64,000 nt of DNA from assembly GCA_949295325.1 (NCBI GenBank), contig CASFKG010000002.1, positions 76,047-140,046 of the forward strand, written 5' to 3'. The position numbers were made by a program, and so were the translations under genes. The notes under the pieces were generated by a model. It was not told the DNA's origin. It did not search any database and was given only the letters and a program-made list of their open reading frames with translations. This document shows, piece after piece, positions 28,249 through 38,336 of the stretch (positions are counted from its first letter, which is position 1; each line of letters starts with the position of its first letter). The DNA comes from an uncultured bacterium (GTDB lineage Bacteria > Bacillota_I > Bacilli_A > RFN20 > CAG-826).

Positions 28249-31200
28249 ATGGCATACAAACCTTCGTCGCAGCAGCAAGCGGCCATATCCGCCGGCAAGG
28301 GAAGATATCTAGTTGCCGCTGGAGCCGGTTCGGGGAAGACCGAAGTACTATCGCTAAGGACGGTGGAACTAATCAAAACCGGGCAGTGCAAACTCGGAGA
28401 ACTGCTCGTCCTTACCTTCGGCAACGATGCCGCCGCGTCGATGAAGAAGAGGATATTAGAAAAGCTTTCGGCCGAAAACGACCACCACTGCAAGGAAGCG
28501 GCCAGGAGCATCGATTCGGCTTCCGTGATGACCTTCGATGCGCTGGCCTACCGCATCGTCTCTTCCTATGCGCATCTGCTGGGGCTTTCCAGTTCCATTG
28601 CCATCGATGCCGACGGCATCCTGGATTTCGAATGCCAACGCCTCATCGATTCCTATAGCGAGGAGCTTTCTGGGAAAAAGGACGCGAAGTATCTGAGCCT
28701 GCTTTGGCGCTATTGCTACAAGACCGCCGATCCGATCAAGAATTATGTTCTGGACCTCTACAAGGCCTCTCTGCTCAGCCCCGATCCCCTGGAGTGGCTG
28801 TCGAAAGAAGTACCAGGACGTTTCCTGACCCCCGGATATTACCGGGAATGCGAGGAAAGCATCAGGCAATGGGCAATCGGCCAACTCGCGGAAATCATCT
28901 CGGACTGCCATGATCTCCTCTCCTTCGAATCGGACTACCGCGATGCCTTCGCCTTTGTTCCGGAAGACCTTAGCTTGGCCTACCGAAAGTCCTTGGAAGA
29001 GGGCAACGGGTTCCAGCTGGCCGGCCGTTACCCTACCTGCGGCAAGGCCATGGAGGAAGCCTATCCCGGCATAAAGGGAATTTCGGAAAGCCTCAAGGCA
29101 AGGGTCGCCGCCGTGCAGAAAAAGACAAAGCTCCTTGGCGGGCACCCCGAGGAGTTGGAAGAGGAATTCCTCGCTTCGAAAGACGATATCTCCTTCCTTT
29201 GCGGATTGGCCGCCCGGCTCTACCGCGACATGGCGGCGGTTATGGAAAACGCCGGGCTTTACGGCTTCAACGACATCTACCACATGGCGTTGGAAGCGAT
29301 GGACAATCCGGAAATCAACAGGGATTTTGCGGGGAAATACAAGTTCATCATGGTGGATGAATACCAGGATACCTCGGATTTGCAGCAATCATTCATCGAC
29401 AAACTCGGCATCTCGAACGTCTTCTACGTCGGCGACGTGAAACAGTCGATCTACGGTTTCCGCCACGCCAATCCGAAATACTTCTCGAAACTAAGCGGCG
29501 ACTACGCCGGAAAAAAAGACGGCACCCTGCTCCGCATGACGTACAACTTCCGCAGCCGCGAGGAAGTATTGGAAGGCATAAACGGGATATTCGCTTCATT
29601 CATGAGCGAAGGGCTCGGCGGCGTCGATTACGCAGACGGCCAGGCGCTGGATTACGGAAACAAATCGTATTCCCCCTCCTCCAGCCTAGAAAGATACGGC
29701 ATCGAAACGGTTTCGGTGAAAGACGACGGCAAATCCCCGCTTCCTTGCTACCGCTATATCGCCGAAGACATCGCCCGCAAACTCACAAGCGGATTCAGGG
29801 TGTTTTCGAAAGACGAAGCCGGAGGAGGGAGACCCTGCCGGCCCGGCGACTTCGCCGTCCTATGCATGACCAGGAATAACTACGACGATCTGATAAAGGA
29901 ACTCGAAAGCCGGCACGTCCCGTACGTCTCGGATGCCCCAAAGGGACTTGGCGATTCCGACGTCCTCATGGCCCTTTCCTCCCTTGCCAAGTTCTACCTA
30001 TACCTCGACGAAAAGGACAACCTCGACGATTTGAGGCATAGCTACGCCAGCATCCGCCGTTCCTTCCTCTATATGGACAGCGACGAAGACATCTGGAAAG
30101 CCCTTTGCGGAAACGCCTTTCTTAACGGCGACTTCGCCCGGGACGTCAGGCAAAACCGGGCGGCATTCCTGAAACTCTCCCTTCCCGAGGCGGTCCGCTA
30201 TCTTTCCGAGCACCACGGATTCCGGGAAGGATTATTGCGGGTCCGGGGCCTCAAGAAGGCCTACGCCTCCCTTTATTCCATCTACGGCGTCGCCGAGAGT
30301 TTCGAAAGGCTCGGCTACGGCCTCGAAAAACTGACCGGCCTTCCCGGTTTCCTGCGCGAGCAGAAAAGCGACCTGGGGGGAGACAAGGCGAACATGGATC
30401 TCGATGCCGTCAAGATCTACACCATCCACAAGTCTAAAGGGCTCGAGTTCCCTCTCGTCTATATCGGCGAACTCGAACACCGTTTCAATTTCCGCGATTT
30501 CAACGTCGGGAAACTGGCCGACTGCGAGTACGGCGTGGCCTTGGAACCCTACGATACCAGCCTGGCCTTCGCCCCTTCGGTCGATGCGTCGATCAAGAAG
30601 AGGGCCGGAGCCCTTTCCGAGTACATCCGTCTCTTCTACGTGGCCCTTACCCGAACCAAGGAAAAACTGGTACTCGTCGAAACGGATGTCCCGGATCGGC
30701 CAAACGAGTACGGAAAGGCTTGGAACATAAGGTGTTTCCGGGATTTGCTGGAACTAGCGGGGATAAAAGCAAAGGAAGCGTCGCTTCCTTTCCCCGGCGG
30801 GGAAACCTCCTACGTTTCCGCTTTCGCCGCTTCCGGGACCGGTACGGTCGACCTCATCAAAGCCAAACCGGTCGGCGGGAGCGAAAAGTCGGCCCGCTAC
30901 AGCAAGGAAAGCCTCTTCGTGGACGAATGGGCGGCCGAACGCGGCACCATGCTCCATAGCCTCATGCAGCTCGTCGATTTCGCTACCTTGGATTGCTCCT
31001 TCGTCGCGGATTTAGATCTACGGTCCTCTCTCGAAAGGGCCCTGGCGCTTCCTCCCTTCCGGGAAGCCAGGGGCTACAAGGCCTACAAGGAGTACGGTTT
31101 CGTCGACGAAACCGGAAGGGAAGGATCCATCGATCTCCTGCTCCTAGGCAAGGACAGGGCCGTGGTGATCGACTACAAATCAAGCAACATCGACGACCCG

Positions 31201-31314
31201 CATTACGATGACCAGGTAAACGGCTACCGCAAAATCGTCGAAGGGCTGTTCGGCCTGCCGACGTCCGGATATCTTGTTTCCCTAACGCAAGGCCGCTATA
31301 AGGTAGTAGAGTAA
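28249..31314 (+). CDS. addA: ATP-dependent helicase/nuclease subunit A (UvrD-type helicase with C-terminal PD-(D/E)XK nuclease)
   Basis: Walker A (AGAGSGKTEVL), UvrD motifs (FIMVDEYQDTS; TIHKSKGLEFP), and a C-terminal nuclease (VIDYKSS). The start was moved to ATG 28249, which has a GGAGA RBS. Confidence 0.85.
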   Translation: MAYKPSSQQQAAISAGKGRYLVAAGAGSGKTEVLSLRTVELIKTGQCKLGELLVLTFGNDAAASMKKRILEKLSAENDHHCKEAARSIDSASVMTFDALAYRIVSSYAHLLGLSSSIAIDADGILDFECQRLIDSYSEELSGKKDAKYLSLLWRYCYKTADPIKNYVLDLYKASLLSPDPLEWLSKEVPGRFLTPGYYRECEESIRQWAIGQLAEIISDCHDLLSFESDYRDAFAFVPEDLSLAYRKSLEEGNGFQLAGRYPTCGKAMEEAYPGIKGISESLKARVAAVQKKTKLLGGHPEELEEEFLASKDDISFLCGLAARLYRDMAAVMENAGLYGFNDIYHMALEAMDNPEINRDFAGKYKFIMVDEYQDTSDLQQSFIDKLGISNVFYVGDVKQSIYGFRHANPKYFSKLSGDYAGKKDGTLLRMTYNFRSREEVLEGINGIFASFMSEGLGGVDYADGQALDYGNKSYSPSSSLERYGIETVSVKDDGKSPLPCYRYIAEDIARKLTSGFRVFSKDEAGGGRPCRPGDFAVLCMTRNNYDDLIKELESRHVPYVSDAPKGLGDSDVLMALSSLAKFYLYLDEKDNLDDLRHSYASIRRSFLYMDSDEDIWKALCGNAFLNGDFARDVRQNRAAFLKLSLPEAVRYLSEHHGFREGLLRVRGLKKAYASLYSIYGVAESFERLGYGLEKLTGLPGFLREQKSDLGGDKANMDLDAVKIYTIHKSKGLEFPLVYIGELEHRFNFRDFNVGKLADCEYGVALEPYDTSLAFAPSVDASIKKRAGALSEYIRLFYVALTRTKEKLVLVETDVPDRPNEYGKAWNIRCFRDLLELAGIKAKEASLPFPGGETSYVSAFAASGTGTVDLIKAKPVGGSEKSARYSKESLFVDEWAAERGTMLHSLMQLVDFATLDCSFVADLDLRSSLERALALPPFREARGYKAYKEYGFVDETGREGSIDLLLLGKDRAVVIDYKSSNIDDPHYDDQVNGYRKIVEGLFGLPTSGYLVSLTQGRYKVVE

Positions 31315-31318
31315 AGGG

Positions 31319-32446
31319 GTGCCGAACTCCACGCTCAAACCCCTTAACGGCGATGCCTTTGCCGCCCTCTGCAAGGCGGTCTTGGGAAATCCCGACGCCA
31401 AAACGGTCGGTTTTCTCTACGGCGCCTATTGCCTTGGGGTCGACGGCTTCAGCAGGCTTGCCGGCACCAACAAAGCGCTGTCCGCCCTGCCGCTGAACCA
31501 CGTGCAGCTGCTTCTATACATATACAACGAGCACCTCTTTTACCTGTCCACCCACGGCGGAAAGGAAGGCGAAGGGGAGGGGTATGTCTCCTATCTGGTG
31601 TCCGCCGCGCTCGACAAATACGCCACCAACGAGCATCTCAGCTACCAAAGCGTTTCCTTTTCCAACCGCTTCAATCCCGAGATATCGACCATCTCGCTCT
31701 ATCTGAATTTCATATTGGGGATGCTTTCCCGCTACAAGAAGGGCGATCCGGCCAATACCCTGGTCGTGGACGTGATGAACAAGGCCTTCCAGCTTTGCAA
31801 GTGCATCGTCTTGCTTTTAACCAACGGCTTCCCGACCGAAGCCTTCTCCACCTGGCGGACCCTACACGAAAACGAATGCATACTGCTGGCCCTGATCCGT
31901 TACGGCAACCCCGCCGTGGAAGGCTATTTGCGGCACCTGACCTACGCGATGGCGTTCCGGGGAGGGCTGGGCAACAAGGAAAAGACCGATGCCTGCTTCC
32001 TCGAGATAAAGGAAGGCATGCACGCGGCCGGCCTCAAAAGCAAGGACATGAAGCGCTTCATCGAGTACGGCTGGCTCCTCAATATACCCGATATCTCGTC
32101 GGTGGAGGACTTCAAGCTCAATTTCCGCGACGGGGTGGAAAGGATCGCCGGCCTCCATGCCTACAGCAAGGTGTACGAAATGAGCAGCGAACTCGCCCAT
32201 AGCTCGCCGCTACTGATATATTCGAGGAAGAACTATTTCCATCTGGTGGCGATGCTTAACCTCTACGAGTCCTTCTTCCGGCTCGAAAAGGTCTTCTCGA
32301 GCCTATACCTGAGCAACGTGGACGAAGGGGAACGCAACCGCTACAAGGCCCTGCGTCAGGTTTATTTCCCCCAGCTATTGGCCGTCCACGAAATACTGAA
32401 GGCCCGTTTGAAGAACCTTGGCAAGAAGGTTCACACGTCCGCGTAG
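31319..32446 (+). CDS. hypothetical all-alpha protein co-transcribed with addBA
   Basis: 375-aa ORF that starts (GTG/ATG region) 4 nt after the addA stop. No family recognised. Confidence 0.5.
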   Translation: MPNSTLKPLNGDAFAALCKAVLGNPDAKTVGFLYGAYCLGVDGFSRLAGTNKALSALPLNHVQLLLYIYNEHLFYLSTHGGKEGEGEGYVSYLVSAALDKYATNEHLSYQSVSFSNRFNPEISTISLYLNFILGMLSRYKKGDPANTLVVDVMNKAFQLCKCIVLLLTNGFPTEAFSTWRTLHENECILLALIRYGNPAVEGYLRHLTYAMAFRGGLGNKEKTDACFLEIKEGMHAAGLKSKDMKRFIEYGWLLNIPDISSVEDFKLNFRDGVERIAGLHAYSKVYEMSSELAHSSPLLIYSRKNYFHLVAMLNLYESFFRLEKVFSSLYLSNVDEGERNRYKALRQVYFPQLLAVHEILKARLKNLGKKVHTSA

Positions 32447-34077
32447 CAGCTGCCGCCGATGAACTCGCGCATGAGCGAGTTGCTCGGTACCCAGGAATCG
32501 TCCATGCCGACGAAGAACTTGAGCATCCTCATGAGCCTTTCGGCCACCGGGAAGTAGGGGGACTCGCGGTCGATCGCGGCCAATAGGGGCATGGCGTACT
32601 TCTTCATGACCGGCAGTTCGTAGCTGAGCATCGAATTGTAGACGAAGTCGCTGCCTTCCTGGGTCGAATATATCCACTTGAACTCGCCCTTGCGGACCCC
32701 GGGCCACATGGATAGCGTTTCCTCGGCCGACGCGCCGCGGAACTTCTTGTCGCGGACGAGCCGGCGGATAAGCCGCAGGTCGGTAATCGAAAGCGGGTTG
32801 TGGTCGTCGATGTTTATCTGGGCCTGCGGCGCAATGAAGACCTTGAACTTGTTGTGTTTGGGTATGGAAGTGGTAAGCCGGTCGTTCAGGGCGTGGATGC
32901 CCTCGATGATGATGGGATCGCCTTCCGCGATTTTCAGCCTGCGTCCCGGCACCCGGCCTCCGCGGTTGAAGTCGAATTTCGGAAGTTCGACTTCCTCGCC
33001 GTTTATGAGGTCGACCATGTTCTGGTTGAAGAGGTCGATGTCCAGGGCATCGATGCTTTCGAGGTCGGGTTTGCCCTCTTCGTCGAGCGGGCACTGTTCC
33101 TTGCTCTTGTAATAGTCGTCGATCGAAATGCGGATCGGGCGGATGCCGCGGCTGAGCAGTTCGATCCTGAGCCTGTTGGCGAAGGTCGTCTTGCCGGAAC
33201 TCGAAGGACCGGCGACGCATATCAAACGGACGTCATCGCGTTCGTCTTGGATCAACTGCCCGAGTTCGCACAGCATCCGGTTGTGGCGGGCTTCGCAGAG
33301 GTTGATGAACTCGATGTCGCCGGCCGTCTCTATCGTCTTGTTTATGCCGGCAACGGTGTCGGCGCCGACGATCTTCGCCCAGTCGTGGCTTTCCTTTAAT
33401 ATCCTATTAAAGGTCGGGGCGTCCTCGAATTCGGGTATTTCCCCTCCGGTTTCGGAGCGGGGGTACTGTATGAGGAAACCCGGTGTATAAAGCCTCAGTT
33501 TGTATTTCTTTATGTAACCGGTCGAGGGGACGAGGTGGCTGTACATGTAGTCGAAATAGCCGTCGCAGTCGTAGAGGTGGACCGTCTTTTCGGGACGGTA
33601 TTTCAATATGGCGAGTTTGTCGTCGTATCCCCTTTCCCTGTATATCCTGGCGGCTTCCTCGTTGCTGACCACGTTCCTTTTCAGCGGAAGGTCCGCTTTC
33701 ACGATCCGGTCGATCTCGTGGTTCACCTTTATGAGCATGGCGGTGTCGCTTCTGACGCCCGGGTCGAGGAGGTTGACCTTGACGCAGCGGCTCACGTCGT
33801 AGCTGAAGCGTATCTTGAGATCGGGGTAGAGGTTATGGAAGGCCATGGCCACGACGAAACGGAGGGACGCCTCGTAGGTGTTTATGGCATCGTGGTCGCT
33901 GAGGGTCAGCGGTTCCACCTCCGCGTCGTAATAGATTTCGTATAGCAGGTCCCGCACGCGGTTATTGACCCTGGCGGCCACGTAGTCGTAACGCTTCTCT
34001 TCCGGAAGCAGTTCCAATATCGAGACCTTGCGGTCGTAGGTTTTACTTGTTCCGTTTAGCTTGATGGTAAATGACAT
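32431..34077 (-). CDS. nucleoside/uridine kinase-family P-loop protein with an N-terminal TGS-like domain
   Basis: Walker A (CVAGPSSSGKTTFANRL) followed by a uridine-kinase/PRK-like fold, with a ~280-aa N-terminal extension. This architecture is common in Clostridia-type 'uridine kinase family' proteins. Confidence 0.6.
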   Translation of the reverse strand: MSFTIKLNGTSKTYDRKVSILELLPEEKRYDYVAARVNNRVRDLLYEIYYDAEVEPLTLSDHDAINTYEASLRFVVAMAFHNLYPDLKIRFSYDVSRCVKVNLLDPGVRSDTAMLIKVNHEIDRIVKADLPLKRNVVSNEEAARIYRERGYDDKLAILKYRPEKTVHLYDCDGYFDYMYSHLVPSTGYIKKYKLRLYTPGFLIQYPRSETGGEIPEFEDAPTFNRILKESHDWAKIVGADTVAGINKTIETAGDIEFINLCEARHNRMLCELGQLIQDERDDVRLICVAGPSSSGKTTFANRLRIELLSRGIRPIRISIDDYYKSKEQCPLDEEGKPDLESIDALDIDLFNQNMVDLINGEEVELPKFDFNRGGRVPGRRLKIAEGDPIIIEGIHALNDRLTTSIPKHNKFKVFIAPQAQINIDDHNPLSITDLRLIRRLVRDKKFRGASAEETLSMWPGVRKGEFKWIYSTQEGSDFVYNSMLSYELPVMKKYAMPLLAAIDRESPYFPVAERLMRMLKFFVGMDDSWVPSNSLMREFIGGSCYADV

Positions 34078-34199
34078 ATCTCCTCCCGAACACGAGATTA
34101 TGGCCTACCTTGTAAGCGCTTGCAAGCAAGCAAAACAGCGCCTTTTTGCGTTTTTCCCCAAACGTTGTCCCCGGGCCGCGATTACCCTATGATTTAAAC

Positions 34200-35393
34200 A
34201 TGAAACGCTTGTGCTACCTGCAGTCGGGGGGACCGACCGCCGTCATCAACTCTTCCCTTTACGGTGCCATCGAGGAGGCCAGGCTCCACGAGGAAATCGG
34301 GGGCTTCTACGGAAGCCACTACGGTATAGAAGGGCTGATCAAGGACGATCTCTTCGATCTTTACGGCGAGGACGACGAGCAAATCGCCCTCTTGCCCCAG
34401 ACCCCGGGGGCCATTCTTGGGACCACCAGGCGGAAGATGCCGGAGGACCTCCACGATCCGGTCTACCTTAAGATAATTGACACCATAAAGAAGCACGATA
34501 TCGGCTATCTTTTCGTAAACGGTGGCAACGATTCGATGGATACCTGCTCGCGGCTTACCCGCCTATTCGCCGAACACGGAGTGCCTTGCCTCGTCCTCGG
34601 CATTCCCAAGACCGTCGACAACGACCTCATGGGCACCGATCACAGCCTCGGTTATCCCAGTGCCGCCAAGCATGTCATCAATACCGTGAAGGAAGCGGTG
34701 ATCGATGCTTCCTGCTATCCGCACGGCAAATTGGTGCTCCTCGAGATCATGGGCCGCAACGCCGGCTGGCTTACCGCTTCAGCGGACCTCCTGCCGGAGC
34801 GTTACCGGCCCGACCTGATATTCCTGCCGGAAATGCCGTTCGACGAGCAGAAGTTCCTCGACGTGATTTCGAAGACCTACTGGGAAAAGGGCTATGCGGT
34901 GGCTGCCCTGAGCGAAGGAATAAAGCTGCCGAGGGCCCCGAAGAAGGTCGACAGTTTCGGCCACTCATCACTAGAAGGGGTCGCGGCTGCCCTGAGCGAA
35001 TTGATCGAAGGGAAGTGCGGCATCCCCACTAGGACCATGGAGCTGAGCCTTCCGCAGCGGGCCGATCCGTTGACCGTTTCGAAGGTCGATAGGGAAGAGG
35101 CCATAAACCTCAGCCGGTATGCCGTTAGGGAAATACTGAAGGGCGAAACCGGGAAGATGGTCTGCATAAGGAGGCTCGCGGATTCCCCCTATGAATCGGA
35201 ATTCTTCCTAAGCGACGTACACGTTCTTGCAAACGGGGAGAGGACCATCCCCCCTTCGATGATCAAAGACGAACGCGGGATGGACCGCTCCTTCAGGGAT
35301 TACCTCCGGCCGCTGGTCGAAGGCGAGGTCGAAATATCCTACGAAGGCGGAAGTTTCCGCTCGGCGGAATTCCGTTACGTCAAAGTGGAGTAA
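34200..35393 (+). CDS. pfkA: 6-phosphofructokinase (PfkA family; long, possibly PPi-dependent type)
   Basis: QSGGPTAVINSS, FVNGGNDSMDT, GIPKTVDNDL and MGRNAGWL motifs. 397 aa from ATG 34200. Confidence 0.85.
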   Translation: MKRLCYLQSGGPTAVINSSLYGAIEEARLHEEIGGFYGSHYGIEGLIKDDLFDLYGEDDEQIALLPQTPGAILGTTRRKMPEDLHDPVYLKIIDTIKKHDIGYLFVNGGNDSMDTCSRLTRLFAEHGVPCLVLGIPKTVDNDLMGTDHSLGYPSAAKHVINTVKEAVIDASCYPHGKLVLLEIMGRNAGWLTASADLLPERYRPDLIFLPEMPFDEQKFLDVISKTYWEKGYAVAALSEGIKLPRAPKKVDSFGHSSLEGVAAALSELIEGKCGIPTRTMELSLPQRADPLTVSKVDREEAINLSRYAVREILKGETGKMVCIRRLADSPYESEFFLSDVHVLANGERTIPPSMIKDERGMDRSFRDYLRPLVEGEVEISYEGGSFRSAEFRYVKVE

Positions 35394-35447
35394 GCGCTTT
35401 CAAGGCCTATCTTTAAGATAGGCTAATATACTTTTCCCGGAGCCAAT

Positions 35448-36818
35448 ATGTTACCGATTCTAGATGCCGTCCAAAACACCGCGGACGGCGAGCCCTTTGA
35501 AATACTCCTGCCGCTTGGTCTGATCCTCATTTTGGCCAAACTGCTCTCGACTGCCTTGGCCAAATTCAAGATCCCCCAGGTCATCGGCTTCTTGTTTAGC
35601 GGGCTTCTGATCGGCCTCCTCTATTTCATACCGGGGGAGACGGTTCTGACCGACTATACCCGCGGGGGAATCGACATACTCGCGAAAATCGGCGTCGTGC
35701 TGATTCTCTTCTCGGCCGGGGTGGAAACCGACCTCAAGCAGATCAAGGCCGTGGGGAAGTCCTCGGTCGTCATTACCGGCCTCGGCGTTTTGATGCCCCT
35801 TCTTTTCGGCTTCCTGGCCGCGTTCCTCTTCAGGGTATACGGGGGAATGGACACCTCCTATTTGCCGGAAAGCGTCGATCCCGTCTACGGCGACCTCTAT
35901 TACGGGGTCATCCTCACGGCGACCAGCGTTTCGATTACCGTCGCCACCCTCAAGGAACTGGGAAAACTCGAAGGGAAGGTCGGCAGCGCCCTTATCAGCG
36001 CCGCCATATTGGACGACATCATCGGGATCGTCCTGCTTTCCCTTATCATATCGCTTTCCGGTTCCTCGACGAGCGACGGCAATTTGCTGGAAATGCTGAT
36101 AAACGCCTGCGGGGGCACCGTCGAGGGCCCTTGGACCGTCGTGGTGATTGTCGCGAACATGGCCATCTTCTTCGGGCTTTCGTTCGGCGCCTATTTCATC
36201 ATCAAGCCGATTTTCAATTACCTCGATGCCAAGTTCCCGCATCACCGCCGCATCCCGATCTTCGGACTGGCCTTCTGTTTCGTCTGGGCGTATCTGAGCC
36301 AGGAGTTTTTCCAGATCGCCGACATCACCGGTGCCTACATCGCGGGGCTGCTTCTCTCGCTGACCAAGTCCAAGGAATACATCGACCACCGCACCGAAAC
36401 CACCGCCAACGTCATGTTCGTGCCGGTATTCTTCGCCTCGGTGGCCTTGAAAATGTACGATGCCTCCTTCGATTTTTCCGATTTCGCCTTCATCGGCTTC
36501 GGGCTGCTTTACGTGGTACTCGGCGTGCTGGGGAAGATCGTCGGGGCCGGAAGCGGGGCCAAGATGTGCCGCTATTCCCTGAAGGATTCCCTTCGCATCG
36601 GAATAGGGATGATGGCCCGGGCAGAAGTGCTTATCGTCACCGCCCAGACCGGCGTCGACGTTGGACTCGTGTCCCCGCAGATAATCCCGTTCTGCCTGCT
36701 GCTCATCCTCCTTACTTCCTTCCTCACTCCGATTTTCCTCAAGCTTCTCTATAGAAACGAAAACGGCGGCGCCTCTTCCGCAAAAGCGGAAGTTGAAGGC
36801 GGGAGCCCCTCAAACTAG
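35448..36818 (+). CDS. cation:proton antiporter (CPA2/Kef-type Na+/H+ exchanger family)
   Basis: 12-13 TM helices, with an N-terminal pattern LILAKLLSTALAKFKIPQVIGFLFSGLLIGL typical of Na+/H+ exchanger family proteins. Confidence 0.6.
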   Translation: MLPILDAVQNTADGEPFEILLPLGLILILAKLLSTALAKFKIPQVIGFLFSGLLIGLLYFIPGETVLTDYTRGGIDILAKIGVVLILFSAGVETDLKQIKAVGKSSVVITGLGVLMPLLFGFLAAFLFRVYGGMDTSYLPESVDPVYGDLYYGVILTATSVSITVATLKELGKLEGKVGSALISAAILDDIIGIVLLSLIISLSGSSTSDGNLLEMLINACGGTVEGPWTVVVIVANMAIFFGLSFGAYFIIKPIFNYLDAKFPHHRRIPIFGLAFCFVWAYLSQEFFQIADITGAYIAGLLLSLTKSKEYIDHRTETTANVMFVPVFFASVALKMYDASFDFSDFAFIGFGLLYVVLGVLGKIVGAGSGAKMCRYSLKDSLRIGIGMMARAEVLIVTAQTGVDVGLVSPQIIPFCLLLILLTSFLTPIFLKLLYRNENGGASSAKAEVEGGSPSN

Positions 36819-36840
36819 AATAAGGGACCCGGGGTAAGAT

Positions 36841-37296
36841 ATGCTCAAGAAGTTCATGGCCCTAAGCGAAGAGAAGAAGACACTCGCGGTGCTTCTTGCG
36901 ATTTCGCTTGCGGTCTTCGCCTGCCTTTGCCCCTTCTTTTTCCTGAGTCTCGGACAATACCCGATCGGATGGATAACCGGCAGCCTCATCGCCTGCGTTT
37001 GCTACCTGAGCATGTACAAGGGCAACGAGTTCCTGCTTTCCATGGACGGCAAGAAAGGTGCCGCCGCTTATTCCGTGCTTTTGTATTTCTCGCGTTTTTT
37101 GCTCATGGGCGCCGGGCTCGTCGTCGCGGCGGTCTGTACCTACAAAAGCGAGTGGTTCGGTGGTTTCGACGCCTTCAATTTCTGGACGGTTTTCGCCGGA
37201 TACCTCCTTTTGTTCGTGTTGGTGCCGGTTAAGACCTTCATAGCCAGCTCGATCGCGAACAAGAAGGAGCAGCGGGGCCGGGAGGAGGAAAAATGA
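36841..37296 (+). CDS. atpI: ATP synthase protein I (AtpI/AtpZ-like small membrane protein)
   Basis: 151-aa, 4-TM protein immediately upstream of atpB. Confidence 0.45.
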   Translation: MLKKFMALSEEKKTLAVLLAISLAVFACLCPFFFLSLGQYPIGWITGSLIACVCYLSMYKGNEFLLSMDGKKGAAAYSVLLYFSRFLLMGAGLVVAAVCTYKSEWFGGFDAFNFWTVFAGYLLLFVLVPVKTFIASSIANKKEQRGREEEK

Positions 37297-38081
37297 ACCT
37301 CGGCGAACGTCTTTCCGAATTCTTCTCCTTCGGCTGGGAATTCCTCGATGCCCCTCTTTTTTCGAGCCTCCTGGTCATGCTCGTCATTTTGGCCTTGGCG
37401 GCCGTAATCGGGCTTTTGGCCAGCCGCGCCGATCCCAGGAAGCCCAGCAAGGGCCTTCTTTTCCTGGCCGAGTGGGGCTACGAGAAACTGGAAGGCTTCG
37501 TCCAGGAAAACATGGGCGCCGCGATGCTGAATTACCTGCCCTACTTTTTGGCGATGGTCCCCTATTGCGGCTTGGCTTTCCTCGTCGGCCTGACCGGGCT
37601 TCCCAGCGTAATCGACTGGATGGCGGCGCCGCTTAGCATGGCCGTCATCATGTTCGTCACCATCCATTTTACGGCCGTCCGCTACCAGAAGTGGGGATAT
37701 TTTTCGCGTTATACCTCGCCGATTTTCTTCTGGCTGCCAATCAACCTCATAACCATGTGGACGCCGATCATCTCGGTATCCATGAGGCTTTTCGGCAATT
37801 GCCTTAGCGGTACGATAATAATCGGCTTGGTGCAATGGGCCCTGACCGGCCTCGGGCAAAGCCTTTTCCCCATGATGTCGGGCGACAGCGCCGGCGCGAT
37901 TTTCGCCCCGATTCCGATGGGGGTATTGAACCTATATTTCGGCCTCTTCTCGGCCTATGTCCAGACGACCGTCTATAGCTTCCTCTGCGCGCTTTGGTTT
38001 GCAGGGGAACGCCCGGAGGACATGCCTTCTCCGGCTATAGAGGAAGGACGGGGTCGCACGCTAGAAGCGGCCAACGCATAG
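37293..38081 (+). CDS. atpB: F0F1 ATP synthase subunit a
   Basis: Conserved RLFGNCLSG motif with the essential Arg, 5-6 TM helices. Confidence 0.85.
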   Translation: MNLGERLSEFFSFGWEFLDAPLFSSLLVMLVILALAAVIGLLASRADPRKPSKGLLFLAEWGYEKLEGFVQENMGAAMLNYLPYFLAMVPYCGLAFLVGLTGLPSVIDWMAAPLSMAVIMFVTIHFTAVRYQKWGYFSRYTSPIFFWLPINLITMWTPIISVSMRLFGNCLSGTIIIGLVQWALTGLGQSLFPMMSGDSAGAIFAPIPMGVLNLYFGLFSAYVQTTVYSFLCALWFAGERPEDMPSPAIEEGRGRTLEAANA

Positions 38082-38096
38082 AAAGGAGCTAAGACC

Positions 38097-38333
38097 ATGA
38101 CCGATTTAGGACTATGCGCAATCGGAGCGGCACTCGCCATGATGTGCGGGAACTTCTCCGCCTTGGGAGAAGCTCTCATCTGCTCCCATGCCATCGACGG
38201 GATGACCAGGAATCCCGAGATGAGGGGCAAGCTGCAGAGCACGATGATGATCGCCGTCGCCCTCGACGAGTCGACCGGCATCTACTCGCTCATCGTGGCC
38301 ATCCTCATCATCTTCGTTTTGGGTCTGGCTTGA
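38097..38333 (+). CDS. atpE: F0F1 ATP synthase subunit c
   Basis: 78-aa two-helix proteolipid with an Asp/Glu in helix 2 (AVALDESTGIYSL). Confidence 0.85.
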   Translation: MTDLGLCAIGAALAMMCGNFSALGEALICSHAIDGMTRNPEMRGKLQSTMMIAVALDESTGIYSLIVAILIIFVLGLA

Positions 38334-38336
38334 TAA

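Noticed and set aside
32375-33220. 281-aa and other ORFs antisense to, or frame-shifted within, the uridine-kinase-like gene (e.g. 32800..33399 +)
   Set aside because: They overlap a P-loop kinase ORF with a convincing Walker A and have R/P/G-rich composition.
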